DNA from: Candidatus Woykebacteria bacterium RBG_13_40_15
GTDB taxonomy: Bacteria > Patescibacteriota > Microgenomatia > Woykebacterales > RBG-16-39-9b
Direction: 5' to 3'
Length of the DNA: 64,000 nt
Assembly (NCBI GenBank): GCA_001816655.1
Contig: MHCP01000015.1
Span: 6,485-70,484, forward strand
Shown here piece by piece: positions 1-8,742 of the stretch. The stretch's first letter is position 1; every line of letters starts with the position of its first letter. A program made the translations under genes and the position numbers. Under the pieces are notes generated by a model that saw nothing but the letters and a program-made list of their open reading frames with translations, was not told where the DNA came from and did no database searches.

Positions 1-1
1 A

Positions 2-550
2 CAACGTTCCTTAATTGCTCTATCGCTGGGTATCCTACTATTCGCCGCTTTAAATTTCCTAATACCGCACACCCACCTGGTTAGGGAAAAAGGGCATTTA
101 GATAGCCATTTGTATAAGACAGCTTATTTAGTTGCTATTGGTCTTGTTTTGCATGATTTTCCTGAAGGTTTTGCGATGGCAAATTCTTACATTTTTTCGC
201 CTTCTTTAGGATTACTAATCGCTATTAGCATCGCAATTCATAATATACCAGAAGAATTTGCAATGGCTACTCCAATTGTTTTAGTGAAGGAGAAAAGCTT
301 TCTGTTCAAAGCCGCTTTCTTTTCCGGATTGGCAGAGCCAGCCGGAGCTATTGTAGGGCTTTTTGCGGTTCATTTTATGGCTGCTTTAAATCCGCTGTTT
401 ATGTCTTTCGCAGCCGGTGCGATGATTTTTGTAGCAATACACGAATTATTGCCAATGGCGGCGACGTACAAAAAAATTCCTCTATTTATTTTAGGTGTAA
501 TTCTCAGCGCTTTTGTTTATCTGGGACTAACCTTACTAATACCAGAGTAA
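2..550 (+). CDS. ZIP family metal (zinc) transporter, 5' end truncated by window edge
   Basis: Frame is open from position 2 with no stop. Paired motifs HDFPEGFAMA and HNIPEEFAMA are typical of ZupT/ZIP transporters. Multiple TM helices. Confidence 0.7.
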   Translation, partial: QRSLIALSLGILLFAALNFLIPHTHLVREKGHLDSHLYKTAYLVAIGLVLHDFPEGFAMANSYIFSPSLGLLIAISIAIHNIPEEFAMATPIVLVKEKSFLFKAAFFSGLAEPAGAIVGLFAVHFMAALNPLFMSFAAGAMIFVAIHELLPMAATYKKIPLFILGVILSAFVYLGLTLLIPE

Positions 551-672
551 TTATTCTAATTTATACATATTGTATTATTTTTTGGTTTTGCTGCTTTCCC
601 TTACCTACGCAGCTAATAGCTAGCTGTATTACTCTTGCTTTACCGATTGCTAGCCTGATATAATTTCTATTC

Positions 673-1419
673 ATGGGCCAAATTTGGATCTATACGATAG
701 TCAGCGTCCTAGTAGTTAGCATAATTTCCTTAGTCGGGGTAATTACTTTACTTTTGCAGAAAACACTTCTTAAAAAACTTTTGTTGGTTTTTGTCAGCTT
801 TGCTACCGGCGCATTGTTTGGGGGAATTTTTTTCCATCTTCTTCCCGAAGTAGCTGAAGAGGGTTGGAATCTGCAAATTTCGATTTACATTTTGGCGGGT
901 ATTATCGTTTTCTTTATCTTCGAAAAATTAATCCGCTGGCGCCACTGCCACGAACCGACAAGCAGCGAGCACCCTCATCCCCTTGGAATAATGAACCTTC
1001 TTGGTGATTCGGTTCATAATTTTACCGATGGTCTGGTAATCGCTGGGAGTTACCTAGCTAGTATCCCCTTAGGCCTTGCAACCACTTTAGCGGTTATTTT
1101 CCACGAGATACCTCAAGAAATAGGAGACTTCGGTATCTTAATTTACGCAGGCTATTCAAAAAGAAAGGCCTTGTTTTTTAACTTTCTTACGGCGCTCACT
1201 GCTGTTTTAGGAGCCTTAGTAGCTTTAATAATAAGCTCTAGAATTGAAAATATCTCCTCTTATCTGGTTCCCTTTGCGGCTGGTGGTTTTCTTTACATCG
1301 CTGGTTCTGATCTTTTACCGGAACTTCATAAACAGACAGCGATATCAAAATCCTTAATCCAACTTTTCTCTCTTCTTCTTGGAATAGCAGTAATGGCACT
1401 GCTTATTTTTGTAGAGTAA
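673..1419 (+). CDS. ZIP family metal transporter (ZupT-like), His-rich loop
   Basis: HNFTDGL and HEIPQEIGDFG motifs, His-rich HCHEPTSSEHPHP loop, 7-8 predicted TM helices. Confidence 0.7.
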   Translation: MGQIWIYTIVSVLVVSIISLVGVITLLLQKTLLKKLLLVFVSFATGALFGGIFFHLLPEVAEEGWNLQISIYILAGIIVFFIFEKLIRWRHCHEPTSSEHPHPLGIMNLLGDSVHNFTDGLVIAGSYLASIPLGLATTLAVIFHEIPQEIGDFGILIYAGYSKRKALFFNFLTALTAVLGALVALIISSRIENISSYLVPFAAGGFLYIAGSDLLPELHKQTAISKSLIQLFSLLLGIAVMALLIFVE

Positions 1420-1428
1420 AATTGGTTA

Positions 1429-1869
1429 ATGAACCATAAACATACACCGACCTCCAACTTTAAATTAGCTTTTTCTGCTACTACTCACTGCCTTGTCGGC
1501 TGTGGTTTGGGAGAAGTTTCCGGGGTAATAGTTGGAACAATATTTGGTTTAACTTTCATTGTTAGTATTGCTCTGGGAATAGTGGCGGGTTTTATATTTG
1601 GCTACCTTTTAGGATTGCTGCCGCTTCTCAGGGCAAAAATGTCCTTGAAGAGTGCGACAAAAATAGTAGTTGCTACGGAAACAGCCAGTATCGCTGTAAT
1701 GGAAACAGGCGAGGTTTTAACCGAATTTTTCTTTCCTGGAATGATGAATGCCGCTTTAGTGGACATACTTTTTTGGGTTGGATTAACGGCTGCGCTACTC
1801 GTTGGTTTTGCTGCTGCCTTTCCGGTTAATCTCTACCTAGTGCGCCGAGGTATAAGACACCAGCATTAA
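1429..1869 (+). CDS. DUF4396-like small membrane protein
   Basis: THCLVGCGLGEV motif followed by hydrophobic helices, reminiscent of the DUF4396 family. Confidence 0.4.
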   Translation: MNHKHTPTSNFKLAFSATTHCLVGCGLGEVSGVIVGTIFGLTFIVSIALGIVAGFIFGYLLGLLPLLRAKMSLKSATKIVVATETASIAVMETGEVLTEFFFPGMMNAALVDILFWVGLTAALLVGFAAAFPVNLYLVRRGIRHQH

Positions 1870-2639
1870 TCGTTCTTCAAATTAACCAAATCAATTGTAT
1901 TTTGGGTGTAGTTTTCTAAATTTATGACCTCTTGCGGGGTTAAAACTTCACAGACTTGAGCCCAGTGGAAGGAAGCAATATCCCCCACTTTCACATCCGG
2001 CGCTATTTTCGGATTCCACTCAATTTCCTTTTCAACTTCCTTTCCAAACCCATACGTCTTTCCTACTAACAATGGTTTATATTTTACTTTTAACTTTTTT
2101 CTTTTTACTTCAAGTATTCGTCCCCATCCTATCCGGCAAAGATCGAGCATTTCCCCTTGCAATTTTATCCTTCCAGTAACTGCTCCAAGTATTAGTACAT
2201 GGAAACTGTGATGAGGAACGGCTCCTTTTGGAACTTGGTCGGCTCTTTGGCTTGCTACTTCTTCAGTTAAAAGTCCCGGCTGCGTAAAACCAGTCAAGAT
2301 TAGGTTTTTCAAATCCTTTTCGTCAACCTTGCCCAACAAACTATTTCCAACCCAAAAAGCTTTTACTACTTTCTCATCAAGGGGGTCGGTAATATTATTT
2401 TTCTTGGCAATTAATTGGTAATATTTGTAGGCCGCCTCAAATTTCTCGAAAATACCTCTCACGGCTTTTTCTGAAACATTTTTTCCAGTAGTGTAGTCAA
2501 TCAAAGCTTTCCGGCTTTTTGCGTCCTGCGGACCACAATATCCAAGTGAGTAGGATGGTAAGGAGTAAACCGCGGCTGTTTTAAGACCTGACAACTGTCC
2601 CCCTTTGGGCAGAAATAAATTTACCCGACCAAAAGGCAA
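1866..2639 (-). CDS. hypothetical protein with HypC-like C-terminal segment
   Basis: 257 aa ORF. C-terminal VKVGDIASFHWAQVCEV resembles the HypC OB-fold tail. No other recognisable domain. Confidence 0.3.
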   Translation of the reverse strand: MPFGRVNLFLPKGGQLSGLKTAAVYSLPSYSLGYCGPQDAKSRKALIDYTTGKNVSEKAVRGIFEKFEAAYKYYQLIAKKNNITDPLDEKVVKAFWVGNSLLGKVDEKDLKNLILTGFTQPGLLTEEVASQRADQVPKGAVPHHSFHVLILGAVTGRIKLQGEMLDLCRIGWGRILEVKRKKLKVKYKPLLVGKTYGFGKEVEKEIEWNPKIAPDVKVGDIASFHWAQVCEVLTPQEVINLENYTQNTIDLVNLKND

Positions 2640-3501
2640 ATATTAAACCAAATGCGACAACTGCCAGCCCCGCAAATTGATTTGCAGTTAAACTTCTGCC
2701 ACTAAGCAATGTTAGCGCGGTTGTAATTGGAGAGCCTAAAAGTAAAATAACCGTTGCTGTTGTAACCTTGACGCTTTTTAATCCTGTGTACCAAGTTAAA
2801 ACGTAGCTGGCTAGCAGGCTTGATGCAATTAAAATCCAAGGAATTTGTGCCATTGAAAGTTTCGCAACGGAATTAATATTACCTGTAAAAACAAGGAAAA
2901 TTAGAATAAACAGCGAACCTATTCCCATTCTGCCAAGTGCAACAAGCCGTGGAGATATTGTTTTTAGGGCGGCCTTTGAAATCGTATATTCAAACGCCCA
3001 GAAGAGAGTTGCGGCTAAGATTAAATAATCGCCGGCATTCAAACTAGCGGGTAGCGATTTCAAAAGCAATAAATTACCGAGCAATAAAACTGCACCTAAT
3101 AAATAGAGCTTGAGACTAATTTTTTCACGCAGAATTGTTGCTGCAAAGAAAGCGACGTAAACAAACATTGTCTTCTGAACGAACGAGCCGTTCGCAGCAG
3201 TAGTAAGTGAGAGTCCTTTGAAAAAAAGCAGGAAGGGGATCGCCCCACCGAAAAGCCCAATTGCTAAAAGCCATAACCAGTCTTTCTTTTTTAATTTTTT
3301 AACCTGATTAATTTCTCTAAATCCTAAAACCAGCGCCAAAAGGAAGACGGCGACAAGTGTATTTTTCAGAAAAGTGAACAAATATGGATTAAATTCAGCT
3401 ACACCGAACTGATTTATAAAAACGGAAAAGCCACTGATTACGGCTGTTGAAAAGACTAAAATTAATCCCGTTCTTTGATTAACCATTCCAGGCCTTGACA
3501 A
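2581..3501 (-). CDS. EamA/DMT superfamily transporter
   Basis: About 10 TM helices in two EamA-like repeats. Start probably at an internal Met, since it overlaps the upstream ORF. Confidence 0.5.
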   Translation of the reverse strand: MSRPGMVNQRTGLILVFSTAVISGFSVFINQFGVAEFNPYLFTFLKNTLVAVFLLALVLGFREINQVKKLKKKDWLWLLAIGLFGGAIPFLLFFKGLSLTTAANGSFVQKTMFVYVAFFAATILREKISLKLYLLGAVLLLGNLLLLKSLPASLNAGDYLILAATLFWAFEYTISKAALKTISPRLVALGRMGIGSLFILIFLVFTGNINSVAKLSMAQIPWILIASSLLASYVLTWYTGLKSVKVTTATVILLLGSPITTALTLLSGRSLTANQFAGLAVVAFGLIFAFWSGKFISAQRGTVVRS

Positions 3502-3691
3502 TTTTCAAAACCTTCTCGGCATCTGCCTTTCCTACCTTTTTTATCGCCATTCCGTGACTAAAATATAAATAATCGCCAACTTTTATATTTGGTAGCAAGC
3601 TAGTATCTATATCCTTTTCTTCGCCAAGCGCATCAACGGTAGCAGTAGTTTTATTTAATTTTAGAACCCTAACTGGAGTAGCGAGGCACAT
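3479..3691 (-). CDS. HypC/HupF-family-like small protein
   Basis: N-terminal MCLATPVRV matches the HypC signature MC(L/I)(A/G)(I/V)P. 70 aa with GDY and HxG pattern. Confidence 0.5.
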   Translation of the reverse strand: MCLATPVRVLKLNKTTATVDALGEEKDIDTSLLPNIKVGDYLYFSHGMAIKKVGKADAEKVLKIVKAWNG

Positions 3692-3693
3692 TT

Positions 3694-4296
3694 TTAACTA
3701 GTAAGTTTATGCAATCCGTTTAACAAGACTTCGCCAAAAGTATCAATCCAGGTAGTTTTGGGTATTTCGCGATACGGAATATAGCGGGCCAGCATTTGTT
3801 GGATTTTTTCCTTATCGTCCTTATTAACTAAAATGAAAAGGCGACGAGGCCAATTTAGAAAGGTATCGATATGTAGGATAGTGAAACCATTTTTTTCCGT
3901 AAACCAAAAATCATCAAGTTCCTGCCAAATATAGCTATAATTACCGTTATTTATACCTTGACTAGTAATTGAATTGTTGACTATTTCTGGTGGAACGGTA
4001 GCTAGACTGTAGGCGACGAAAACCAAAGCTAATACAGGAATAATAATAAAAAACTCTCTTACGAAAAGGAGAATCAGTATTATTGTCGCGAGCAACAAAA
4101 AGGTGTAGATGTACCACTTCGCACTACGCCTAGTATAGGTTCGGGAAAAAGATTGCCATCGGAACAGGGTTTTGACTGTCTTCCTTTTATCGGATTGTGA
4201 GCCATTCTCAAGTTCAGAAATCTTTCCTTGTAAGGAAGCTAACTCTGATTTTAATTTTCCTAATGTTTTCTCTCTATCCGGCATTTTTTCCCTCAA
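3694..4296 (-). CDS. hypothetical membrane protein with N-terminal coiled coil
   Basis: ORF with two adjacent TM helices. Confidence 0.3.
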   Translation of the reverse strand: MREKMPDREKTLGKLKSELASLQGKISELENGSQSDKRKTVKTLFRWQSFSRTYTRRSAKWYIYTFLLLATIILILLFVREFFIIIPVLALVFVAYSLATVPPEIVNNSITSQGINNGNYSYIWQELDDFWFTEKNGFTILHIDTFLNWPRRLFILVNKDDKEKIQQMLARYIPYREIPKTTWIDTFGEVLLNGLHKLTS

Positions 4297-4301
4297 ACTG
4301 T

Positions 4302-4344
4302 GGCGAGACGTACATTTTTCTTTGAAATTATTACGTCTCTAGCC
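4302..4344. repeat. hairpin element copy 1 (GGCGAGACGTA-loop-TACGTCTCtaGCC) abutting tRNA-Ser(TGA) 3' end
   Basis: 8-bp perfect stem GAGACGTA/TACGTCTC with 19-nt loop. A second hairpin CACGTAGAAATC/GATTTCGTACGTG follows, up to the tRNA end. Confidence 0.6.
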
Positions 4345-4369
4345 ACGTAGAAATCTTTGATTTCGTACG

Positions 4370-4459
4370 TGGCGGAGAGGGTGGGATTCGAACCCACGAT
4401 AACATTGCTGCTATACCGGTTTTCAAGACCAGCGCCTTAAACCGCTCGGCCACCTCTCC
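4370..4459 (-). tRNA. tRNA-Ser (anticodon TGA)
   Basis: Reverse complement GGAGAGGTGGCCGAGCGG...CTTGAAA loop...GGTTCGAATCCCACCCTCTCC-G-CCA. Long variable arm, G73 discriminator, CCA encoded. Confidence 0.9.
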
Positions 4460-4574
4460 AGTAGGAGAGATACCCTAAAACCTCTCCACTTCTATTTTAA
4501 ACTATTTCCAATCAAATTACCTAGACTTCTTCTACCCCAACCGCTTTTTAAAACGTATACGTAGTAGATCATAT

Positions 4575-4692
4575 TGGCGAGACGTAATAATTTCAAAGAA
4601 ATTAAACGTCTCTAGCTCGTACGTGGCACGTAAAATCGCTTCGCGATTAACGTGCCTAGGACGTTAATTTTGCAACGCAAGATTTTACGTCC
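4575..4692. repeat. hairpin element copy 2 (loop inverted relative to copy 1) plus expanded second hairpin, abutting tRNA-Ser(GCT) 3' end
   Basis: GGCGAGACGT...ACGTCTCtaGC has an identical stem, and its loop is the reverse complement of the copy-1 loop. The CACGTAAAATC...GATTTTACGTC stem carries a 43-nt palindromic insert (TTAACGTGCCTAGGACGTTAA). Confidence 0.6.
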
Positions 4693-4782
4693 TGGCGGAG
4701 GAGGTGGGATTCGAACCCACGTGAGCCTCTCGGCTCGCAGGTTTAGCAAACCTGTGCACTGGACCAACTATGCGACTCCTCC
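4693..4782 (-). tRNA. tRNA-Ser (anticodon GCT)
   Basis: Reverse complement GGAGGAG...CAGGT-TTGCTAA-ACCTG...long variable arm...GGTTCGAATCCCACCTCCTCC-G-CCA. Confidence 0.85.
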
Positions 4783-4834
4783 AAGCCCGAGAACTAATGG
4801 AGCAGGCAAATTTTAACAAAAAAACACTACTCTT

Positions 4835-5527
4835 TCAACGCGACAGGTAATTTTTATGGGAGCTTGCTAGTATCAAAGCCCAGATATTACCAGCACCTTT
4901 TCTCTTTAGTACTTTTGTAACTTCTCTAACGGTCGCTCCTGTCGTCCAGACATCATCAAAAACCAAATAGTTTTTGCTGCGAACTTCGGCTTCTTTTGTA
5001 ATATCAAAAGAATTAGTAACCTCGATTAGTCTCTCCTTCTTGGGAAGTGTTGCCTGAGGTTTTGTTTGTTTTGTCTTAATTAAGATGTTGGGATCAAAAT
5101 CTATTCCTAGTAGGGAGGCGATTTTACGACCCAAAATTTCAGTTTGATTAAATCCCCTCCACCTTTTTTTATTTGAGGAAACTGGAATGGGAACTAGAAA
5201 ATACTGTTTAAAATTGTGGTTTGCTAGGTTTTTAGATTTTTTAGTTTCCTCAATGATTGTTGTTTCTAAATCAGTGGTAAATCTGTATTTCAATTGTCCA
5301 ATCAAATCTTTAATTGGGCTTGAGTATTGAAATAGACAAACTAAACCATCTAGACTATATCTTGTTTTGCATTTTGGGTGTGTTGTTCCTCCAATGGCAG
5401 CCTTTAGGCAGACGGGACAAAATTGCTCTGTTGGCTTTATTTTCAATCTATCGTTTTCACAAAGATATGTGCCGAGGCTGCTGCAAACGACACATCTTTT
5501 GGGAAAGATAAGGTCAAGTAAGCCCAT
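4835..5527 (-). CDS. comF: ComF-family phosphoribosyltransferase-domain protein
   Basis: N-terminal double zinc ribbon (CVVC...CPVC, HPKC) and C-terminal PRTase motif LVFDDVWTTGAT. Confidence 0.7.
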   Translation of the reverse strand: MGLLDLIFPKRCVVCSSLGTYLCENDRLKIKPTEQFCPVCLKAAIGGTTHPKCKTRYSLDGLVCLFQYSSPIKDLIGQLKYRFTTDLETTIIEETKKSKNLANHNFKQYFLVPIPVSSNKKRWRGFNQTEILGRKIASLLGIDFDPNILIKTKQTKPQATLPKKERLIEVTNSFDITKEAEVRSKNYLVFDDVWTTGATVREVTKVLKRKGAGNIWALILASSHKNYLSR

Positions 5528-5557
5528 TTATTTATAATTTTAACCGCTAAAACACAA

Positions 5558-5580
5558 CCCCGCACCTTTTAGGTGCGGGG
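5558..5580 (-). terminator. Rho-independent terminator downstream of ssrA
   Basis: CCCCGCACC-TTTTA-GGTGCGGGG is a 9-bp GC stem. On the minus strand it is followed by TTGTGTTTT, immediately 3' of the tmRNA. Confidence 0.6.
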
Positions 5581-5638
5581 TGTCATCTTTCGATAAACTC
5601 AAGATCCTGAGCACCACCTTTAGGGTGGTACCGAAGGA

Positions 5639-5996
5639 TGGTGGAGATGCCCGGCTCTTCCCCGGGGTCCGAAAAGATAACTTACTAGAGAAACTACAAG
5701 CTTAGTCAACATTTAATTTCAGTTTAGGCCTACTAGTTGACGAGCCAGCCTAAACCTAGGTCGCAAGTCTAACTTTCCATAGAAGAACCGGTTCTACAAA
5801 AAGCCTCTTAGCAAGGGTTGCGCCTTGCCATCTCCGCTAAGATAGAGAAACGACAAGACGGCTCATTACGCTACTGCGTATTGAGCGGAAAATGCTTTGT
5901 TGGCATTTATTAGGTTGATCGGAATTTTAACGGTGGTCCCGATCGACACCGGCTTGCTCTTTAGCTAGAGTCTTCCCGTCGAATATATACATCCCC
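5639..5996 (-). ncRNA. ssrA: tmRNA (SsrA)
   Basis: Minus-strand 5' end GGGGATGTATATATTCGACGGG pairs with 3' end CATCTCCACCA, giving a 7-bp acceptor stem with a G3-U wobble, the AlaRS identity element. A T-arm-like CCCGG-GGAAGAG-CCGGG is present. Internal tag ORF is ...GCC AAC AAA GCA TTT TCC GCT CAA TAC GCA GTA GCG TAA TGA, reading ANKAFSAQYAVA then a double stop. smpB is adjacent. Confidence 0.8.
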
Positions 5997-6043
5997 ATGA
6001 TAAGTCAAAACTCAAAATTCAAAAGTCAAATTAAAACTGGTTG

Positions 6044-6508
6044 TTAAAGTGCTTCTTTCTGATGCTTCAGTTTTTCTTCCCGCAAAGTGCTTTCAGCTTC
6101 CCTTTGGAGGGCTTTTCTCTTTAAAGCCTCACGTTTATCGTACTTTTTCTTTGGAGAGGCCAGAGCGATCTCAATTTTAGCATAATTACGTTTAAAATAC
6201 AAGCGCGTAGGGACCACTACCAAATTTGCTCCAGCAAGTTTTCCGGCCAAGTAGTTTATTTCTTTTTTATGCAGAAGGAGTTTTCTGTCCTTACGGCCAC
6301 TACTAGTAGTGGCTCCCTTTTCATATGGACCAATGTAGGCATTAACGAGTACGGCTTCTCTGCTACGGATTAAAGCATAAGAGTCGGTTAAATCCACCTT
6401 GTTTTCTCTAACTGCCTTTATCTCCTCTCCAGTTAAACTAATGCCGGCCTCTAATTTTTCGTTCAGGGTGTAGTTGAAGGTTGCTTTCTTATTGAAGATT
6501 GGTTTCAT
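6044..6508 (-). CDS. smpB: SsrA-binding protein SmpB
   Basis: 154 aa with typical SmpB pattern GISLTGEEIKA...KLLLHKKEI and a basic C-terminal tail. Confidence 0.85.
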   Translation of the reverse strand: MKPIFNKKATFNYTLNEKLEAGISLTGEEIKAVRENKVDLTDSYALIRSREAVLVNAYIGPYEKGATTSSGRKDRKLLLHKKEINYLAGKLAGANLVVVPTRLYFKRNYAKIEIALASPKKKYDKREALKRKALQREAESTLREEKLKHQKEAL

Positions 6509-8454
6509 TGGAGTTTGAACGAGTAAACTGTATTTTGGGCGAGAAAATAAACTACTTTTTTAGATTCGTCAACAATGATAGCCTTCGCTCCTCTCAAGTT
6601 ATCGGATTGGTATAGGGCGACGTAATTCCCGCTTTGTTTTTCAATCACAAATACGCCGCCTGCTCCCTTATCTAAAATATAAAGGTTTACGAAACCTTCC
6701 TTCGTATAAATATCTGCGATTTCAGAAATCTCCCGCGGTTGATTCTTTATGGAAAAGTCTTGCCTCTTACCATCAAAAAATTTGCTGACGGAGTCCCCCG
6801 TAGCTATCCAAACTGCCCCGTCTATTGCAAAGGAGGTAGCTTCCCCATTAAAATTTTCGGTTAAATATTTCTGTGGTCCTGAAAGTGAGGATCCAGCAGA
6901 AAAATAACGCCAAACCTGTTTTGCCCCAGAATCTAGAAGATAAAATTTATCCCTAAAGGTTTCGGCCTCAATTGGGTTTTTCCAGGAAGGAGAGCTAAAT
7001 GCGGCTCTTTTCTCTTGTTCATTTTGATCTACTTTTAATATCTCGTCTTTGGTTTGGAGATAGAGATAATTTTCGTCAGCGGCTATATTTTTTGATCCCT
7101 CTTTCTCGGAAACAAAAATCTTAGGTTCGGCTCCCTCAAGTGGGATTTTGTACACAGAACCAGAATTTACATCAAATGCATAGAGGTCTGATGCTCCCAT
7201 CTTAATTTCCTTAACATCAATTTTTCCTTTGAGTAGGCTAAGATCGCTAAAAAGCTTCGTTTCCACATTGTAAATTCGGTTGATTTTTGTAAGCAGCCCT
7301 GCCAACTTCTCTTTCAAATTCTTTACCTTGGGGTTTTTTGATGAGGAAATTTTAGATAACTCGCTTTCTGCTTCAGTAACAAGGCTAGCTGCTTTTGCTG
7401 GATTTATTTTTTCCAAATTTTCCGCTTCTGATAGCTTACTTTCCACACTTGCCACAGTAGCATCAAACCTCTCTTTTGATTCTTTTCTTGAGTGATTAAA
7501 AAACCCAACCGAGATACTTATCAGGAAAATGGCAGCTAAAACAAGGGCTATTTCGGCAATGCGTTTCTTTTTCCGACTCGCTTCATCCTCCAATGCTCCC
7601 GGGAGGCGGGGGAGCCAGGGAGATAAAATAATAAAGAGGGCCTTTCTGACATACGGTTTGGAGAAAGAAAGGGCACGCCTTGCCTCAAGCTTTACCCGAA
7701 ACAAAAAATTATTAAAAAATTCAACTTTTAATTTTGGTTTTGGTATTTTATCTATCGAGTTTTTGAATGCTTCTTGAAACTTTTGCCCCCTCTCTTCTTC
7801 TCCTATTTCTTTTTTATCTAAATCGGCAATCAAAACCGGATACGGTTTTTCTACAGGCTCTTGCACTGAAAGTCGCACATATAAAGCCTCCCCTACCTCT
7901 TTTATTTCGGTTTGAATTGCCTCCAGGCTTTCTTTGAAATCGTCTTTCTGACAAAATTTGCCTAGGGCTTCTTTATTTACATTTTTTGAGAAGGTAGAGT
8001 CTGCTAGAAAAATTCCATCTTTATCAAAAAGTGAGCCGGAAGCTACTTTAGAAAAATTAATTTTCTTTGTATTCCCACCCCTTGCAAGAAAGAGGCCACA
8101 ATCGCCGCTTTTACCGACATAAAGTACTGACCCCCAAAGGCAAGCAACAACCATTTGAGCTGGCATTTGTTCTTTCGCAATAGAGGCTTTTACAGTTTCT
8201 ATTGCTTCTTCCATTGCTTTTAAATTACTTCCGCTAGCTTTGTAAAAGGTATTTTTAAATAAATCGAGGATCCCTCGGCCAGCTACCAGTCCTTTATCTT
8301 CCGATTCACTTTTTACTTCGACCAAAGCAAGGGTCATTCCTCGTAGTTGCTTTAAATGTTCATCTGTCGGGGTGTATTGAAAAGTCGAAGAAAAAACTCC
8401 TTCTTGGTTTTTTCCGTGGATTTCGCCTACTTGGGCAAACAAGGTTTTTTCCAT
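6505..8454 (-). CDS. membrane protein with N-terminal PP2C-like phosphatase-like domain
   Basis: N-terminal MVVACLWGSVLYVGKSGDCGLFLARGG resembles the PP2C core strand-turn motif. One TM helix, a coiled coil, and a C-terminal beta-rich domain. Overlaps smpB, so likely an operon. Confidence 0.3.
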   Translation of the reverse strand: MEKTLFAQVGEIHGKNQEGVFSSTFQYTPTDEHLKQLRGMTLALVEVKSESEDKGLVAGRGILDLFKNTFYKASGSNLKAMEEAIETVKASIAKEQMPAQMVVACLWGSVLYVGKSGDCGLFLARGGNTKKINFSKVASGSLFDKDGIFLADSTFSKNVNKEALGKFCQKDDFKESLEAIQTEIKEVGEALYVRLSVQEPVEKPYPVLIADLDKKEIGEEERGQKFQEAFKNSIDKIPKPKLKVEFFNNFLFRVKLEARRALSFSKPYVRKALFIILSPWLPRLPGALEDEASRKKKRIAEIALVLAAIFLISISVGFFNHSRKESKERFDATVASVESKLSEAENLEKINPAKAASLVTEAESELSKISSSKNPKVKNLKEKLAGLLTKINRIYNVETKLFSDLSLLKGKIDVKEIKMGASDLYAFDVNSGSVYKIPLEGAEPKIFVSEKEGSKNIAADENYLYLQTKDEILKVDQNEQEKRAAFSSPSWKNPIEAETFRDKFYLLDSGAKQVWRYFSAGSSLSGPQKYLTENFNGEATSFAIDGAVWIATGDSVSKFFDGKRQDFSIKNQPREISEIADIYTKEGFVNLYILDKGAGGVFVIEKQSGNYVALYQSDNLRGAKAIIVDESKKVVYFLAQNTVYSFKLQ

Positions 8455-8457
8455 AAA

Positions 8458-8742
8458 TTACCTAATTAACAATGAGACGGCAAAAATAAAAATTACTACT
8501 GCTCCCAATAAGTTGGCCAGGCTTAGGGCGTCCAATACTATTCCCGTGTTAGTCTGTATATTTTTATTTAACACTCTTACCTGCTTATAGACCAGAAATG
8601 AAAATATTAAATACATTCCTAGTACAAAGGATAAAAATAGCACAGTCAAAAAATCGAAGTTTAAGTTCTCCAAATTAATTTTAGTTAGGTTGAATAGTTC
8701 TATTTTCATATCTCCCTTCCGCTTTTTTATTATCGGAAACAA
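8458..8742 (-). CDS. small membrane protein
   Basis: Two predicted TM helices. Probable start at the internal Met. Confidence 0.3.
   Translation of the reverse strand: MFPIIKKRKGDMKIELFNLTKINLENLNFDFLTVLFLSFVLGMYLIFSFLVYKQVRVLNKNIQTNTGIVLDALSLANLLGAVVIFIFAVSLLIR

Noticed and set aside
551-672. Zur-box-like palindrome between the two ZIP transporter genes
   Set aside because: ATACATATTGTAT is only an imperfect palindrome, and CAGCTAATAGCTAGCTG does not match known Zur or Fur consensus. Too weak to call without a genome-wide motif.
5314-5511. 65-aa plus-strand ORF inside comF
   Set aside because: Fully nested antisense within the ComF zinc-ribbon coding region. No RBS or motif support.
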